DNA of 24,000 bases from an uncultured Actinobacillus sp. (GTDB taxonomy: Bacteria > Pseudomonadota > Gammaproteobacteria > Enterobacterales > Pasteurellaceae), in the NCBI RefSeq assembly GCF_945915845.1, contig NZ_CAMEFX010000017.1, positions 1,283 through 25,282 on the forward strand, in the 5' to 3' direction. Shown piece by piece: positions 22,815 to 24,000 of the stretch. Position 1 is the stretch's first letter, and each line of letters starts with the position of its first letter. The notes below the pieces were generated by a model, which ran no database searches, was not told the origin of the DNA, and saw only the letters and a program-made list of their open reading frames with translations. The position numbers were made by a program, and so were the translations under genes.

Positions 22815-24000
22815 TCAAGAATTTAACGCTTTCTCAATTTTTTCAAATAAATCTTTAGATAAATTTTCTACTTCATTTAAACGTTCCAATGCACGTTTCA
22901 TCAAGGTTTGACGTTGACCATCATAACGCCCAAAACGAATTAAGGGTTCAATTAAACGTGCAGCAACTTGTGGATTGCTCTCATTTAATTTAAGCAAAAT
23001 ATCCGTTAAGAAACGATAACCTGAACCGTCTGCACGATGGAATGCCTGTGGATTTTGATTGACAAAACTTCCGACCAACGCACGCAACCGATTTGGATTA
23101 TTAAAATTAAAGCTTGGATGTGCCATTAATTGTTGCACAATCGACAACACATTCCCATCAGGACGTGTTGCTTGTAAGGCAAACCATTTATCCATCACCA
23201 AACCATCTTGATGCCATTTTTCTTCAAAATCACGCAACAAATTATCGCGACACATTAATTGTGCTTTCGTGGCGGCATTTAAGGCACTCAAACTATCCGT
23301 CATATTATTGGCATACAAATAATGCTTATTCACCAAGGTGTTACCAATATCCGTAAAGGCAAGATATTGTAAACAGGCATTACGTAACCCACGTAATGCA
23401 ATGTCTTGAGTATTAATACGATATTCATCCAAATGAATTTGGTTGTACACCTCTAAAAGCTGCGGTTTTAAATGTTCCGCAATGGCACGTTGCATAAAAT
23501 CGCGTACCATAAAAATCCCTTCAGGATCGATTGTTTTAAAGGTTTCTGCAAACTCTGTTTCTTTTGGCAAAGTTAAAATCAACGTAGTCAGCTCAACATT
23601 TTGCTTGTAGTCTGTAAGAATATAAGAAAGTGCGGCTAAAATTTCTGGTGAAAATTCAAGTGGCAACCCGTCTTGATGTAAGGCCAAATTGCGACGTAAT
23701 TCCTGAGAGAATAGCATCTGCATCGCATCCCAACGCACAAACTCATTTTGAGCATATTGAAGTAACGTAATCAACTGTGCGGTGCTATAATCGTAATCTA
23801 ATTTTACCGGTGCAGAGAAATCACAAAGCAACGCGGGTACCGGGCATGATTTAATATCTGCAAATTCAAAAATCTGATCACGCTGTGTCACATTCAACAC
23901 ATCACTCACCACTTCCCCATTATTGACCAACATTTGCGGCATGCCATTCAAATCATATAACGCAATCTTTAATGGAATATGCAAATTCGCTTTATCCATT
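22815..24000 (-). CDS. pepN: aminopeptidase N, C-terminal part (gene continues beyond the window end)
   Basis: The ORF is open to the window edge. The 394 aa visible correspond to the all-helical C-terminal ERAP1-like domain of the roughly 870-aa PepN (...NFNNPNRLRALVGSF...NP..FH..DGSGY.FL......LN..NPQVAARL..P). The catalytic HEXXH region would lie outside the window. Confidence 0.9.
   Translation of the reverse strand, partial: MDKANLHIPLKIALYDLNGMPQMLVNNGEVVSDVLNVTQRDQIFEFADIKSCPVPALLCDFSAPVKLDYDYSTAQLITLLQYAQNEFVRWDAMQMLFSQELRRNLALHQDGLPLEFSPEILAALSYILTDYKQNVELTTLILTLPKETEFAETFKTIDPEGIFMVRDFMQRAIAEHLKPQLLEVYNQIHLDEYRINTQDIALRGLRNACLQYLAFTDIGNTLVNKHYLYANNMTDSLSALNAATKAQLMCRDNLLRDFEEKWHQDGLVMDKWFALQATRPDGNVLSIVQQLMAHPSFNFNNPNRLRALVGSFVNQNPQAFHRADGSGYRFLTDILLKLNESNPQVAARLIEPLIRFGRYDGQRQTLMKRALERLNEVENLSKDLFEKIEKALNS

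Overview
This is a chromosomal segment from a Pasteurellaceae-type gammaproteobacterium. I count 18 exact copies of the Haemophilus-type uptake signal core AAGTGCGGT/ACCGCACTT. Most of the window is housekeeping. In order it holds: mukF-mukE-mukB (+); an accessory lactose cluster, lacY->lacZ on the minus strand with a divergent LacI-family repressor (+) and a compact control region carrying three TTAACGTT-core palindromic operators and a consensus CRP site; about 0.9 kb of strongly AT-rich DNA (about 27-29% G+C by hand count), made of about 450 bp free of ORFs of 60 aa or more plus one orphan gene for a zinc-ribbon/2-TM protein; sbcB, an NlpC/P60 lipoprotein, ihfA, pheT, an unexpected 159-aa secreted-protein gene wedged between pheT and pheS, pheS and an RluA-family pseudouridine synthase (all minus); a ydjA-like nitroreductase (+); and yciV(PHP)-pyrD-pepN (minus, with pepN running off the window). 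I saw no rRNA, tRNA, CRISPR array, transposase, integrase or recognisable defence or toxin gene. I do not see a convincing multi-gene novel system. The best candidates for something undescribed are the two uncharacterised single genes (17987-18466 and 12881-13222) and the AT-rich non-coding spacer next to the second one. All protein calls rest on my reading of the translated ORFs and remembered family motifs; no database search was run.
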